Notes: a model not told the origin generated them from the sequence alone. Shown: positions 49,299-58,329, counted from the stretch's first letter. The stretch: DNA of 64,000 nt from an uncultured Verrucomicrobiota bacterium (GCA_903873415.1 CAIQOK010000158.1:52460-116459); one strand, 5' to 3'. Translations and numbers: made by a program.

Positions 49299-51530
49299 TT
49301 AAACCGGAGCGACGCTCGATTCGCACAGCGAATCCACGAGGCCAAGATAATCATCCTTCCGCCCGGCCCAACCGTGCCGCTCAACGTATTGGTGGGACTG
49401 ATGGACCAAGCGGTGACGCAAGTCCTGATTTTCAAGCACCTCCAGAATGCCCTCCGCCAGAGCCTCGGAATTGCCCGACTCAAAGAAACGCACCACCGAA
49501 TCGTTGAAATAATAAGTGTCAATCTTGGTACGGGACACCACCAGCGGAATCCCCAGCGACATGAATTCCATAATCTTCGTGCTGTAAGCCTCGTTCCCGA
49601 AGGAATCGGCCCGCTTGGGCACCACGCCCAGATCCGCATTGGCCATGACCTCTACGATCTGATGAATGGGCAGCGGTTGAAAAAAGCGGACCTTTTCGAC
49701 CAGGCCGAGCTGGGCGGCCAAAGCGACGAGCTCCGGTTTGATGTTGCCGCTGCCGTAGATGTGAAACTCGGTCTGCGGCAACCGACTCAGAACCTCAGGA
49801 AGCGCCCGGATGGCGATGTCCAAGCCCTGATGCCATTGGAGGCCGCCGGGGAAAAGGATGATGGTTTTACCGTCATTCCGAGTGCGGGGCCGGGGTTGAA
49901 AAACCCTGCCGTCCACGTTGTTGATGAAGACGCTGCATTTGCCCTCAGTGCCGGTGCGGGCGGCGTATTTTTCCCTCCATAAGTCGTTGGAAATAATGAC
50001 ATGGTTGGCAAACCGGGCCGAGGCGCGCTCCATCCGCTTAAGCAACCGCACCCCCAGACTCTCTTGGGAAATCTTAAACTTGCTGCTGTAAAACTCCGGA
50101 ACTATGTCGTGAATATCCAGAATCACTTTTGCGCCGAGGAGCTTGGGCAGCCATGCCGTGAAGACCAGAAAGTCGGGCACGTTATGCACATGCACCACAT
50201 CGCAGCGCCTCTGGAGTTGCTTCCAGGACAACCGCACGCTGGTATTGAGCCAGAACCTCAAAATCGGCAACAGAAAGGAGACTTTACTCTCCTGATTCTT
50301 GCCCAACCGGCTCTGGACCCGGTGCACTTTCACCCCGTTCAATATTTCGGCATCCGCTTGATTCCGGTCGCCTTTCAGCGCGAAAACCTCCACAATATCC
50401 CCCCGCCGGGCCAGTTCCTCGGCATAGCGCAGAACCCGGTTGTCCGTCTCGTAGTAAGAATAGGCCACCATGGAGACCTTGCGAGGAACGGACCGCGGCT
50501 GGACCTGGGGTCCCACAGCAACTTGGCGCGGCGGAGTGCTGGATTGAGCCGGGGCCAGCGATGCCTTGTACCAACGGGCCACCTCCACTGGGGTGGCATG
50601 CCAGCAGTCCCCCGCGTAGCGATTACGCACGTAGTCCAGAAGCTGCCGATAAAAAGCCACCGGATAAAACCGGTCAGGGCGGTCGACTCCGGACATCGCC
50701 ATATAGTCCGGGTGGGTGTTGATCAGAGCCATGCCGCCTTGGCGCGCGACCCAATCGAGTTTCCGAAACCAGATTTCCGGAGTGGCCTCCTGCAGAATTA
50801 GGAACAAGGTGGAATCCTGCGGCAGGGTATAGGGCAGTTCCACAAAGCCCTGAGAGGATTGGCTCGAAGCTCCGGGACGAGGCACCCAGAATGGAAAAAT
50901 AGTGTCGCACCCTTGCGGCTGCGGCTCAAACGGGTCGGTGTCAAACGTCGAAGCATCATATTCGATGTTCAGTTCGTGCAACCAGTCCAGATTGTTCAAC
51001 ATGAAGCCGGACCGGAATCCGACCGCCCCCCACTTCTGCAGATGCCCGTTAATCCGGGCGGCGTTTCGCAGGAAACGTTTGCGGCTTTGATACAGTTTCC
51101 CGTCATGATACAAATCATGCACACCGACCTCAAAATCCTCACCGGCGAGTTCGCGCAGCAAGTCGCGGCCGACACGATAACCGCCTTCAGGAATGAAGTT
51201 GAACGAGGAACGGAAGCCCAGATTCCGTTCCAAGGCCATCAACTGCCGGCAGTTCTCCAAACCCGTCTTGCTTTCAACATCATGGGTCAGAACCAGGGCA
51301 AACTTTTTGCCGCCCGGCCACCCCGACCACCCCTTGGGCACCTGCTGCGAACCGGGCAGGATAGGCCAGACATCATGCGACAAAGCGCGTGTCCGGGCCG
51401 CAACCCAGCGCCGGACCCGCCTGCGGACCGGCAAGGGGATGAAAGGCTTGAGATTGTAATAAACGTCGTTGCGAAACACGGGTGAAAAAAAGGAGAATTT
51501 CAGGGGAGCGGGCCGAATAAAGCAGCCCAT
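49299..51530 (-). CDS. Fusion: N-terminal deacetylase-like (distant CE4-like) domain plus a C-terminal GT4 glycosyltransferase
   Basis: ATG at 51530, 29 nt after the upstream stop. N-terminal FALVLTHDVESKTG, VGVHDLYHDG. The C-terminal half is GT-B (KVSMVAYSYYETDNRV, VVPKRADSFGNEAYSTKIMEFMSLGIPLVVS). Confidence 0.8.
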   Translation of the reverse strand: MGCFIRPAPLKFSFFSPVFRNDVYYNLKPFIPLPVRRRVRRWVAARTRALSHDVWPILPGSQQVPKGWSGWPGGKKFALVLTHDVESKTGLENCRQLMALERNLGFRSSFNFIPEGGYRVGRDLLRELAGEDFEVGVHDLYHDGKLYQSRKRFLRNAARINGHLQKWGAVGFRSGFMLNNLDWLHELNIEYDASTFDTDPFEPQPQGCDTIFPFWVPRPGASSQSSQGFVELPYTLPQDSTLFLILQEATPEIWFRKLDWVARQGGMALINTHPDYMAMSGVDRPDRFYPVAFYRQLLDYVRNRYAGDCWHATPVEVARWYKASLAPAQSSTPPRQVAVGPQVQPRSVPRKVSMVAYSYYETDNRVLRYAEELARRGDIVEVFALKGDRNQADAEILNGVKVHRVQSRLGKNQESKVSFLLPILRFWLNTSVRLSWKQLQRRCDVVHVHNVPDFLVFTAWLPKLLGAKVILDIHDIVPEFYSSKFKISQESLGVRLLKRMERASARFANHVIISNDLWREKYAARTGTEGKCSVFINNVDGRVFQPRPRTRNDGKTIILFPGGLQWHQGLDIAIRALPEVLSRLPQTEFHIYGSGNIKPELVALAAQLGLVEKVRFFQPLPIHQIVEVMANADLGVVPKRADSFGNEAYSTKIMEFMSLGIPLVVSRTKIDTYYFNDSVVRFFESGNSEALAEGILEVLENQDLRHRLVHQSHQYVERHGWAGRKDDYLGLVDSLCESSVAPV

Positions 51531-51558
51531 GCACTCGGCTTTATTCCATAGTGTCCGC

Positions 51559-53778
51559 TTAAAGTTCCTGCTGCATTCGGCGCGGAAGATAGTTGTGGTG
51601 CTTGTTGAATATGACTCCCACGGTGGCCTTGGCTTCCCTGAGCTGGTGGGATGCACGCTTGACCACATCTAGCCCCGTCCGCTCCGCTTCAACCACCATG
51701 AAAACCATATCCATAAACTGCGCCAGCTTGGGCGTGGGACTGACTTGGCTGACCGGGGGCATGTCGAAAATGATGTAGTCGTAATCGCTGGCCCGCAACT
51801 TGGGCATCAAGGAAGAAAACCGCCGATGCAGGATTTTCGGGAACTGCTCGCCAGCCGGCGTGTCCGAGACCACAAAAAGGTTGTTGGGCGCCAGCATCGA
51901 CTCCGGCCGTTTCCCCGCCAGGGCATCCTCCAGATTGCATTCGAGTTTACCCTTGTGGAAATATTGCGCCACACCCTTTTCCGGATGGTTCATGTCCACC
52001 AGCAACACATTGCCCTCGCCGGTCTTGGAGAGGCTCGCCGCCAGTCCGCTGGCCACCGTGCTGACCCCGGAACCCGGGGCGCAACTGGTCACCGCCACCA
52101 GCTTGGGCTTGTGGGTGAGATTGCGCACTTCAAAATTCATCACCAGCCTGTCCCGCAGCGTGTCAAAAAACTCCCCCAGTTCCGCATTCCCAGACAGGGA
52201 TGCCCCCGGCCCGTGCCCATTGGAGCCATTGCCGCCCGGGGCGGATCCATTGGTCAACCTTGGCCGGGCCGCCAGCCCGCCCTTGGTCCGCGCAGCAGCC
52301 CGGGGAATCGAGAGAAAGAGCGGAATGCCAAGCTTGGACTCGATTTCAACGGGCCGTTTGATGGATTGATCCAGATATAATTCGACTCCGAAGGCCAGAG
52401 CCAAGCCGAAGGCGATCGTGCCGCCCAGCAGGCCGAGCAGGACTTTGTGCAGCTTTTCCCGATCAAGCCCCGGGAGCGTGGGGGATTCTATCACGCTGAT
52501 GTTTTCGGTGCCGCTGCTGGCCAGAGTGTGATTGAAGCTGACCCTCTCCATGTTGGCCGAACGCTCCCGCAAATTCTGCTCCAGAATATCCCGCTTGCGC
52601 TCCAGATCTGTGATCGTGCTTTCCACGGCATCCACCGCGGCGGTCTCCTTCTGGACCTCCTCCAACTGCCCCCCCAGCACCGTGATGCGGGCCTGAATCG
52701 CCCTCAGGCGGTTGCGCTCCAACGCCACATCCCGGGCGGAAAAAACGGGCTGCACCGCCGTTGGCAAGCTGGACACCTGGGTCCCGGCCAGCAGCGGAAA
52801 CTCCTTCTCCATTTTCACTTTGGCCGCTTCGGTCTCAGCCACTTTTTTCACCATCTCCTGAACCAAGGGATTTTGCGCCGTGTAAAGAACCGACAGCTCC
52901 TTCTCCCGGGCTTCGAAACTTTCCAGCAACCCGCAAATCCGCTGATAGGCGCGCACTTTTTCCATCGGACTGGCCTGCTGGGCGGCCGGGCTGGAACGAA
53001 CCTTCTCCACCGGCGCTTCGCTCAAGTCCGGTGCTCCGGCCTGACGTTCTGCCTGCTCGGCCTTCGCGTTGAACAAGTCCTCCTGGATCTTGGCGAACCT
53101 CTCCGTAAGCACTTTCCTGGTGTCCCCCAGCGAGGAGATCCCCGCCTTGGATTTCACCTGCCGCAGACTGCTTTCAGTCTGACCCAGTTCGGATTTGAGC
53201 GACACGAGCTCCTTCTGCAACACCTCGTCCGTCGCCCCCGAAGCCATGTGGACTTCGTTGTGCATCTTCTTGTAGCTCTCAATCACCTGCGCCAGCACCG
53301 GCTGCACCACCTCCGGATCGGGATGCTGAAAAACCACCTGCATGATCGCCGACTTCTCGGGCGGCGCCACGCTCAACCCTTTCTGGATCAAACTCGCCGC
53401 CACAAAAACATCCCCGCCCCCGCCCGCCTTCTTGAGGATCTTTTCCGCCCCAACATTGGTGGCGACAATCAGTGAGATATCAAAACTGGTCAGAATCTGC
53501 ACCTCGGCTTTGATGCTCCCATCCACCCCGATCCCCGGGCTCTGGATGGTCGAGTTGGAGAAAACCGGACGGTAGGGTTTGTCTTCGAGAATGTATTTGA
53601 CCAGGAGTTTCGCCTCGGACTCATAGGCGACGGGCCAAAAGGCCCACACTGCCGCAGTCAGGGCAAAGCCCGCCATCCAGGCGGCCAGAATCTTCCACTT
53701 CTGGCGGAAGAGAATGTGATAGATATCCGTCAGCCCCAGACTGAGGCCGGGGGGCGGTGTGTGACTTTTTTGCTGCAT
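51559..53778 (-). CDS. Polysaccharide co-polymerase (Wzc/GumC/EpsG-like) with a C-terminal P-loop ATPase domain that lacks the Walker-A lysine
   Basis: N-terminal TM, long coiled-coil periplasmic region and a second TM. Then LVAVTSCAPGSGVSTVASGLA (canonical PGEGKST), VLLVDMN (Walker A') and YDYIIFDMPPV (Walker B). No C-terminal Tyr cluster. Confidence 0.85.
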   Translation of the reverse strand: MQQKSHTPPPGLSLGLTDIYHILFRQKWKILAAWMAGFALTAAVWAFWPVAYESEAKLLVKYILEDKPYRPVFSNSTIQSPGIGVDGSIKAEVQILTSFDISLIVATNVGAEKILKKAGGGGDVFVAASLIQKGLSVAPPEKSAIMQVVFQHPDPEVVQPVLAQVIESYKKMHNEVHMASGATDEVLQKELVSLKSELGQTESSLRQVKSKAGISSLGDTRKVLTERFAKIQEDLFNAKAEQAERQAGAPDLSEAPVEKVRSSPAAQQASPMEKVRAYQRICGLLESFEAREKELSVLYTAQNPLVQEMVKKVAETEAAKVKMEKEFPLLAGTQVSSLPTAVQPVFSARDVALERNRLRAIQARITVLGGQLEEVQKETAAVDAVESTITDLERKRDILEQNLRERSANMERVSFNHTLASSGTENISVIESPTLPGLDREKLHKVLLGLLGGTIAFGLALAFGVELYLDQSIKRPVEIESKLGIPLFLSIPRAAARTKGGLAARPRLTNGSAPGGNGSNGHGPGASLSGNAELGEFFDTLRDRLVMNFEVRNLTHKPKLVAVTSCAPGSGVSTVASGLAASLSKTGEGNVLLVDMNHPEKGVAQYFHKGKLECNLEDALAGKRPESMLAPNNLFVVSDTPAGEQFPKILHRRFSSLMPKLRASDYDYIIFDMPPVSQVSPTPKLAQFMDMVFMVVEAERTGLDVVKRASHQLREAKATVGVIFNKHHNYLPRRMQQEL

Positions 53779-53848
53779 AAATATTCAACTTGATCTGCCA
53801 ACCTTCGGCCGGACTCAACAGGGGCCGGTCCGCTCAGGCCTCAAGGCT

Positions 53849-54922
53849 TCAGGCCCAGTGCCGGTAAAGAAGTTCTCCGGCCAGACGGGCCACCCCAAGG
53901 GGCAGACGCTGAAACACCCTGTTGTGCCAGCCGAAGGCGGCATCCTGTTCTGTGACATGGCGCCGGCTCCGAAAATCGTATTTGTAATAATTCAACCGCT
54001 CTTCCTCTGCGCCCCAACCCAGTTTGTAGCGACGCAGCCCCTCGTTGGCTTCCGGGCTGCGGCCAAAATCCAACCGCTTCACCCCGCGTCCAGCCAGCCA
54101 CTCCATCGCATGCCACATGACCAGGTGGTTCGCGCACCGCTCCCGCCCCGCCGCGTCCGAGGCTCCGAACTTGTAAACCGCCTCCTCGCCGTGCACCAGA
54201 AATATCGCCGAAGCCACACTCCGCCCACCCCATCGCGCCGACACCACCCAACCCAACCCCGGCCCGAGCACATGCCGCTGCAGCTCGCGGAAAAAACGGA
54301 ATGGCTGGGGCGGCAACCCGTGCCTTCTGCGCGTCTGACAATGCAGCCCATAGTAATCCTCAACCGCACTCAGCTCCCCCGACACATCAAGGGTCAGGCC
54401 CGAGTTGCGGGCCTTGCGGATGGCGCGGCGCACCGAACCTTCAAACCCGGCAAACAGCCCGTCCGAATCCGGCCCCAGTTCCAACAGATGCCCGTAAAAG
54501 GAGATCGATGGCCTTACATCTTCAAACCCCGCACCGCCGCCGCGGCATTCCAGAGACTTCCAACCGCGCTTCTTCCCGTGCCGCAGTGCCTCCGCATAAA
54601 CCGCCTGCAGCTCGGCCGCACCGCTCCCAAGCGACCGGCAATGATCCGTGAACGGCAACGAAACACCCCGCCGCCCGGTCAACCAACCGGACACTTCCAT
54701 GCACGGAAGCAACGCCTCAATCCGATCCCCGCGCACGGCCTGAAAATAAACCGGCCGGAAACCGTAGGTGCCAACCAGCACCTTGGCCCAAGCCGCACCG
54801 TGAAAACAAGACCCGCCCAGCCCGGATCCCGCACCCGTCATCCCGCCGGCCGGAAGAAGCGGATGGACGGTTTGGATGCTCAGCGGACTTGCGGCGCGTT
54901 TTTCGTCAACCGGAAAGTTCAC
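53849..54922 (-). CDS. FemAB-related acyltransferase (the type found in PEP-CTERM/EPS loci)
   Basis: CFHGAAWAKVLVGTYGFRPVYFQAV...LLPCMEV...GVSLPFTDHC and the C-terminal FLVHGEEAVYKFGASD, LMWHAMEWLAGRGVKRLDFG. Start is uncertain: GTG at 54922 avoids overlap, while the ATG at 55033 overlaps the upstream gene by 59 nt. Confidence 0.75.
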   Translation of the reverse strand: MNFPVDEKRAASPLSIQTVHPLLPAGGMTGAGSGLGGSCFHGAAWAKVLVGTYGFRPVYFQAVRGDRIEALLPCMEVSGWLTGRRGVSLPFTDHCRSLGSGAAELQAVYAEALRHGKKRGWKSLECRGGGAGFEDVRPSISFYGHLLELGPDSDGLFAGFEGSVRRAIRKARNSGLTLDVSGELSAVEDYYGLHCQTRRRHGLPPQPFRFFRELQRHVLGPGLGWVVSARWGGRSVASAIFLVHGEEAVYKFGASDAAGRERCANHLVMWHAMEWLAGRGVKRLDFGRSPEANEGLRRYKLGWGAEEERLNYYKYDFRSRRHVTEQDAAFGWHNRVFQRLPLGVARLAGELLYRHWA

Positions 54923-54974
54923 GTCATGAATCAAGCTGCAAGATGCCGCCGGAGAAAAACCGCTTCCATCCCGC

Positions 54975-55499
54975 TCACACCAGCAAAGCCCCCGCTGCAC
55001 TCTCCAAACCCGGCCCCCCACCGCGAGCCCCACGAATCACCCGCGCCGGATTGCCCACCACTGTCGCCCCGTCGGGCACATCCCGGGTCACCACACTGCC
55101 TGCACCCACAACCGCCCCCTGACCGATGGTGATGCCGCACAGGAGGGTCGCGCCCGACCCTATGGATGCCCCCCGCTTGACCAATGTGGGCAGGCACTCC
55201 CAATCCGACTCGGTCTGGAGTTCCCCGCCGGGCGTGGTGGCCCGGGGGTGGCGGTCATTGGTGAAAACAACCCCGTGGCCGACAAAAACCTCGTCCTCCA
55301 AAGTCACCCCCTCACAAATAAAGGTGTGGCTGGAAATCTTGCAGCGCCGGCCGATCTTGGCACCCTTTTGAATCTCCACAAACGTGCCGATCTTGGACTC
55401 GTCACCGATTTCGCACCCGTAAAGATTGACGAAACTGAAGATCCGCACGCCACGCCCGAGCTTGACGTCGGGGGCGATCAGTTGGAATGGAACAGACAT
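54975..55499 (-). CDS. Hexapeptide-repeat amino-sugar N-acetyltransferase (WbpD/WxcM-C-like)
   Basis: Left-handed beta-helix repeats. FTNDRHPRA insert and [39 protein letters not shown]. Confidence 0.85.
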   Translation of the reverse strand: MSVPFQLIAPDVKLGRGVRIFSFVNLYGCEIGDESKIGTFVEIQKGAKIGRRCKISSHTFICEGVTLEDEVFVGHGVVFTNDRHPRATTPGGELQTESDWECLPTLVKRGASIGSGATLLCGITIGQGAVVGAGSVVTRDVPDGATVVGNPARVIRGARGGGPGLESAAGALLV

Positions 55500-55509
55500 G
55501 GCAGTTGCA

Positions 55510-56649
55510 CTAACCGGTGATACAGGTTTCGACCGAGCCCGCTTCAGGCATCAGGCTGGAAACCTGCCGCGGGCGGGCATCACTCCGATCGAGAGGCACC
55601 GTGCTGGACCGGAACTCCCGCGCGCCAGAAGACCGGAGCGCAACAGCCGCCCCGCTCTGCCTCAATGATTCGGAGGACGCCTCCAAAATACGCACCAGCT
55701 CCAGTCCCCGCACCCCGTCCGTCAGGGGGCTGATCCCCTCGTTGATGCAGTCCAAAAAGTGCTGACACTCCGATTTCAGGGGCTCCTCCTGCTTGATGTA
55801 AGGCACATGCATGTCGCCGTAGTGATAGGCATAATGAAAATCGCCAAAGGTGTCGTAGTGCGGCGGACGTTCCACGCGGACATCGTATAGTTTCACCTTC
55901 TCGATCTGCGCCACATCATCGTAAACAATCATCTTCTTGCTCCCCACGATGGTCATCTCCCGAGTCTTGCGGGGGTCGAGCCAGCTGCTGTGGATAAGCG
56001 CCGAGCGGTTGTCCGGAAAGTTCAGGCACATGCTCGTCACATCCTCAATCCCCGGCGTCACGTGCGCACTGCCCCGGCAGTTCACGCTCAGGGGCATCTG
56101 CTCCATGATATGCAGGACGATGGAAATGTCATGCGGCGCCAGATCCCATGCGACATTGATGTCCTTTTGGAACAGCCCCAGATTCAGCCTTCGGGCGCAA
56201 ATATAACGGATCTCACCCAGATCCCCCCAGTCAACCAACTCCTTGATCTTCCGGACGGCAGGCGAATAAAGAAAAGTATGCCCAATCATGAGTACCAATC
56301 CTTGGCGGCGGGCAATGTCGATCAGCTCCTCGCACTGCTCCGCCGAGGAAGCCATGGGCTTCTCGATGAACGTGTGTTTTCCAGCCAGAAGACTGGCCTT
56401 GGCCATGGGGTAATGATGCTTGACGGAAGTGGCGATCACCACCGCATCCAGTCCCGCCCCGTTGAGGGTGTGCGCAAAATCGGTGATTCCCTCGACCTCG
56501 GGATAGAGCTGCCGGAGGTGATTGAGGCGCGCCTGGCTCAGATCACACATCAATTGCAACTGGCAGTCGGGCAGAGCCCGGAAGTTGCGGATCAAATTGG
56601 GTCCCCAATAACCACACCCCACCACACCGACTTTGATGTTTTTTTTCAT
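55510..56649 (-). CDS. Gfo/Idh/MocA-family oxidoreductase (WbpB-like nucleotide-sugar 3-dehydrogenase)
   Basis: AAGGAGAAAG SD, then ATG at 56649 giving MKKNIKVGVVGCGYWGPNLIRNF. FIEKPMA and MIGHTFLYSP. Confidence 0.85.
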   Translation of the reverse strand: MKKNIKVGVVGCGYWGPNLIRNFRALPDCQLQLMCDLSQARLNHLRQLYPEVEGITDFAHTLNGAGLDAVVIATSVKHHYPMAKASLLAGKHTFIEKPMASSAEQCEELIDIARRQGLVLMIGHTFLYSPAVRKIKELVDWGDLGEIRYICARRLNLGLFQKDINVAWDLAPHDISIVLHIMEQMPLSVNCRGSAHVTPGIEDVTSMCLNFPDNRSALIHSSWLDPRKTREMTIVGSKKMIVYDDVAQIEKVKLYDVRVERPPHYDTFGDFHYAYHYGDMHVPYIKQEEPLKSECQHFLDCINEGISPLTDGVRGLELVRILEASSESLRQSGAAVALRSSGAREFRSSTVPLDRSDARPRQVSSLMPEAGSVETCITG

Positions 56650-56665
56650 TCTTTCTCCTTTTGGT

Positions 56666-57430
56666 TTAATAAACCGACCCGTTCCCCCGTGCCCCCGTAC
56701 TCCCCACCGAGTGAGGCACTTGCCCCGACAACTCCGTCCGCACCGCAAGTTTCCGGCCCGCCCGATGCTCCCGCGCCTGCCGCAGAAGCGCCGCGGGAGT
56801 CCGCAGCATGATGCTCAGATCCAGCCCCAGCGAGCGCCGCTGCGCATAGCCAATATCCAGATCGATCATTTCCTCGAAAGTGGTTCGGTTCTTTCCGCTC
56901 ACCTGCCACAACCCGGTCAGGCCGGGGGCGACATCAAAGCGCGACCGGTGGCGCGGAGTGTAGTTGTGATATTCGTAAGGCACACAGGGCCGGGGCCCCA
57001 CCATGCTCATTTCCCCCCGCAGGACATTGAACACCTGGGGCAGCTCATCCATCCCCCACGCCCGCAACCGGGACCCGCAGCGGATAAGCCGCGGATCCCC
57101 GCTGGCATCGAGTTTCTTCATCGGCTGCCGGGATGCCACGAGATTGGCAAAATGCCCCTCATGCACCGCGGTGTCCGCATTCAAACTCATCGTGCGGAAC
57201 TTGAAGCAGATGAACGGCCGGCCCCGATAACCAATTCGAAGCTGCCGGAACAGGGCCGGCCCGGGTGACACAATCTTGATCAGCAGATAAACCCCCAACA
57301 TCACCGGCATAACCAGTGGCGCTGCCAGCAGGATGACCCCCCAATCCAAAAACCGTTTCCAAACGGGAATCCCACCGTCCAGTTTCTCGGCCCGGACGCC
57401 CCCAAACTGTGATTTCGTTGTCTTATCCAT
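56666..57430 (-). CDS. Polyprenyl-phosphate sugar phosphotransferase (bacterial sugar transferase family, WbaP/EpsB-like priming enzyme)
   Basis: GPALFRQLRIGYRGRPFICFKFRTM, DELPQVFNVLRGEMSMVGPRP. Confidence 0.9.
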   Translation of the reverse strand: MDKTTKSQFGGVRAEKLDGGIPVWKRFLDWGVILLAAPLVMPVMLGVYLLIKIVSPGPALFRQLRIGYRGRPFICFKFRTMSLNADTAVHEGHFANLVASRQPMKKLDASGDPRLIRCGSRLRAWGMDELPQVFNVLRGEMSMVGPRPCVPYEYHNYTPRHRSRFDVAPGLTGLWQVSGKNRTTFEEMIDLDIGYAQRRSLGLDLSIMLRTPAALLRQAREHRAGRKLAVRTELSGQVPHSVGSTGARGNGSVY

Positions 57431-57738
57431 CCCATCCTCCTTTCCAGGCCTGATGACCGGCCTCGCCTACCCCCTTTTCCCGCCCCGCCCCGCTGAGAAC
57501 CCTCCGCTGCCCCGCCCTTCAGACCACAATCCGGCAAGGCTCCGCACTTGCTGGCCACGGCGACTGCCGCCAGCTTTCTCCAACCGCCCTGTTTAGACCA
57601 TGCATGGTCTGATAAACCGGCCACCCCTCCCCGGGATGCCCAATGGAACTTCGGTTCGGATCCCCTCCTCCCGCAGCGTTCCATCACCGCCATAACCAAC
57701 CCTAGTCTAGCGGCTTGGAACGACGGCCGACAATCCCC

Positions 57739-58329
57739 TTAATTGCCTGAGACCAGGCCGCACCCGGCCTGCCGGCGGGCTGGCAAAGCCAAGGCCGGCA
57801 GTCCCGCGAACAGGTCATTTTTTTCGGCATAAACCATATGCCGGTCCACCTCAACAACAGTTTGCCGGCCCAAAATATCCAGCAGCAACTCAACCCGCTG
57901 ACGCGAAGGAAGCATGCGCAAAACCACCCCCTCCAGCCCCCGAAAGGCCCCCTCGGCAATGGCCACTTCCGCCCCCGGCAACAGCCTGCTCTCCACACTC
58001 AGGGGTTGCCCCGATTCAAAGCACGCCCTCAGATCGCACACCACCGCGTCGGGCACCGCAGGGATAACCCCGCCAAAATTCACCAGACTGCTCACCCCGG
58101 CCACATACCGGATCGATCCAAACATCTCAGGCTGGCAACGGATAAAGAGATAGCAGGGAAAAAGCGGATCGGTCGAGCAGACCACCCCCCGCCGCGTCAC
58201 CCGCTCCACCCGCAGGCGGGGAAGAAAAACCTCCAGAGAGAGCTGCTTCTCCAGATTCGCCGCCGCAATGTGTTCATGCTTCGGTTTCGTCCGGGCGCAA
58301 TACCAACCTTCCACTCGCTTCTCTTCCAT
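57739..58329 (-). CDS. NusG-paralog transcription antiterminator (RfaH/UpxY-like)
   Basis: NGN domain WYCARTKPKHEHIAAANL...VFLPR...PLFPCYLFI. KOW-like GAEVAIAEGAFRGLEGVV. It sits at the head of the polysaccharide operon. Confidence 0.85.
   Translation of the reverse strand: MEEKRVEGWYCARTKPKHEHIAAANLEKQLSLEVFLPRLRVERVTRRGVVCSTDPLFPCYLFIRCQPEMFGSIRYVAGVSSLVNFGGVIPAVPDAVVCDLRACFESGQPLSVESRLLPGAEVAIAEGAFRGLEGVVLRMLPSRQRVELLLDILGRQTVVEVDRHMVYAEKNDLFAGLPALALPARRQAGCGLVSGN

Noticed and set aside
52447-55132. Plus-strand ORFs 52447-53475 (342 aa) and 53858-55132 (424 aa) opposite the Wzc-like and FemAB-like genes
   Set aside because: Antisense shadows with low-complexity P/R/H/Q-rich sequence and no start context.
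57595-57610. Perfect 16-bp palindrome AGACCATGCATGGTCT as a stand-alone operator call
   Set aside because: About one perfect 16-bp palindrome is expected by chance in 64 kb. It is kept only as a note within the leader finding.
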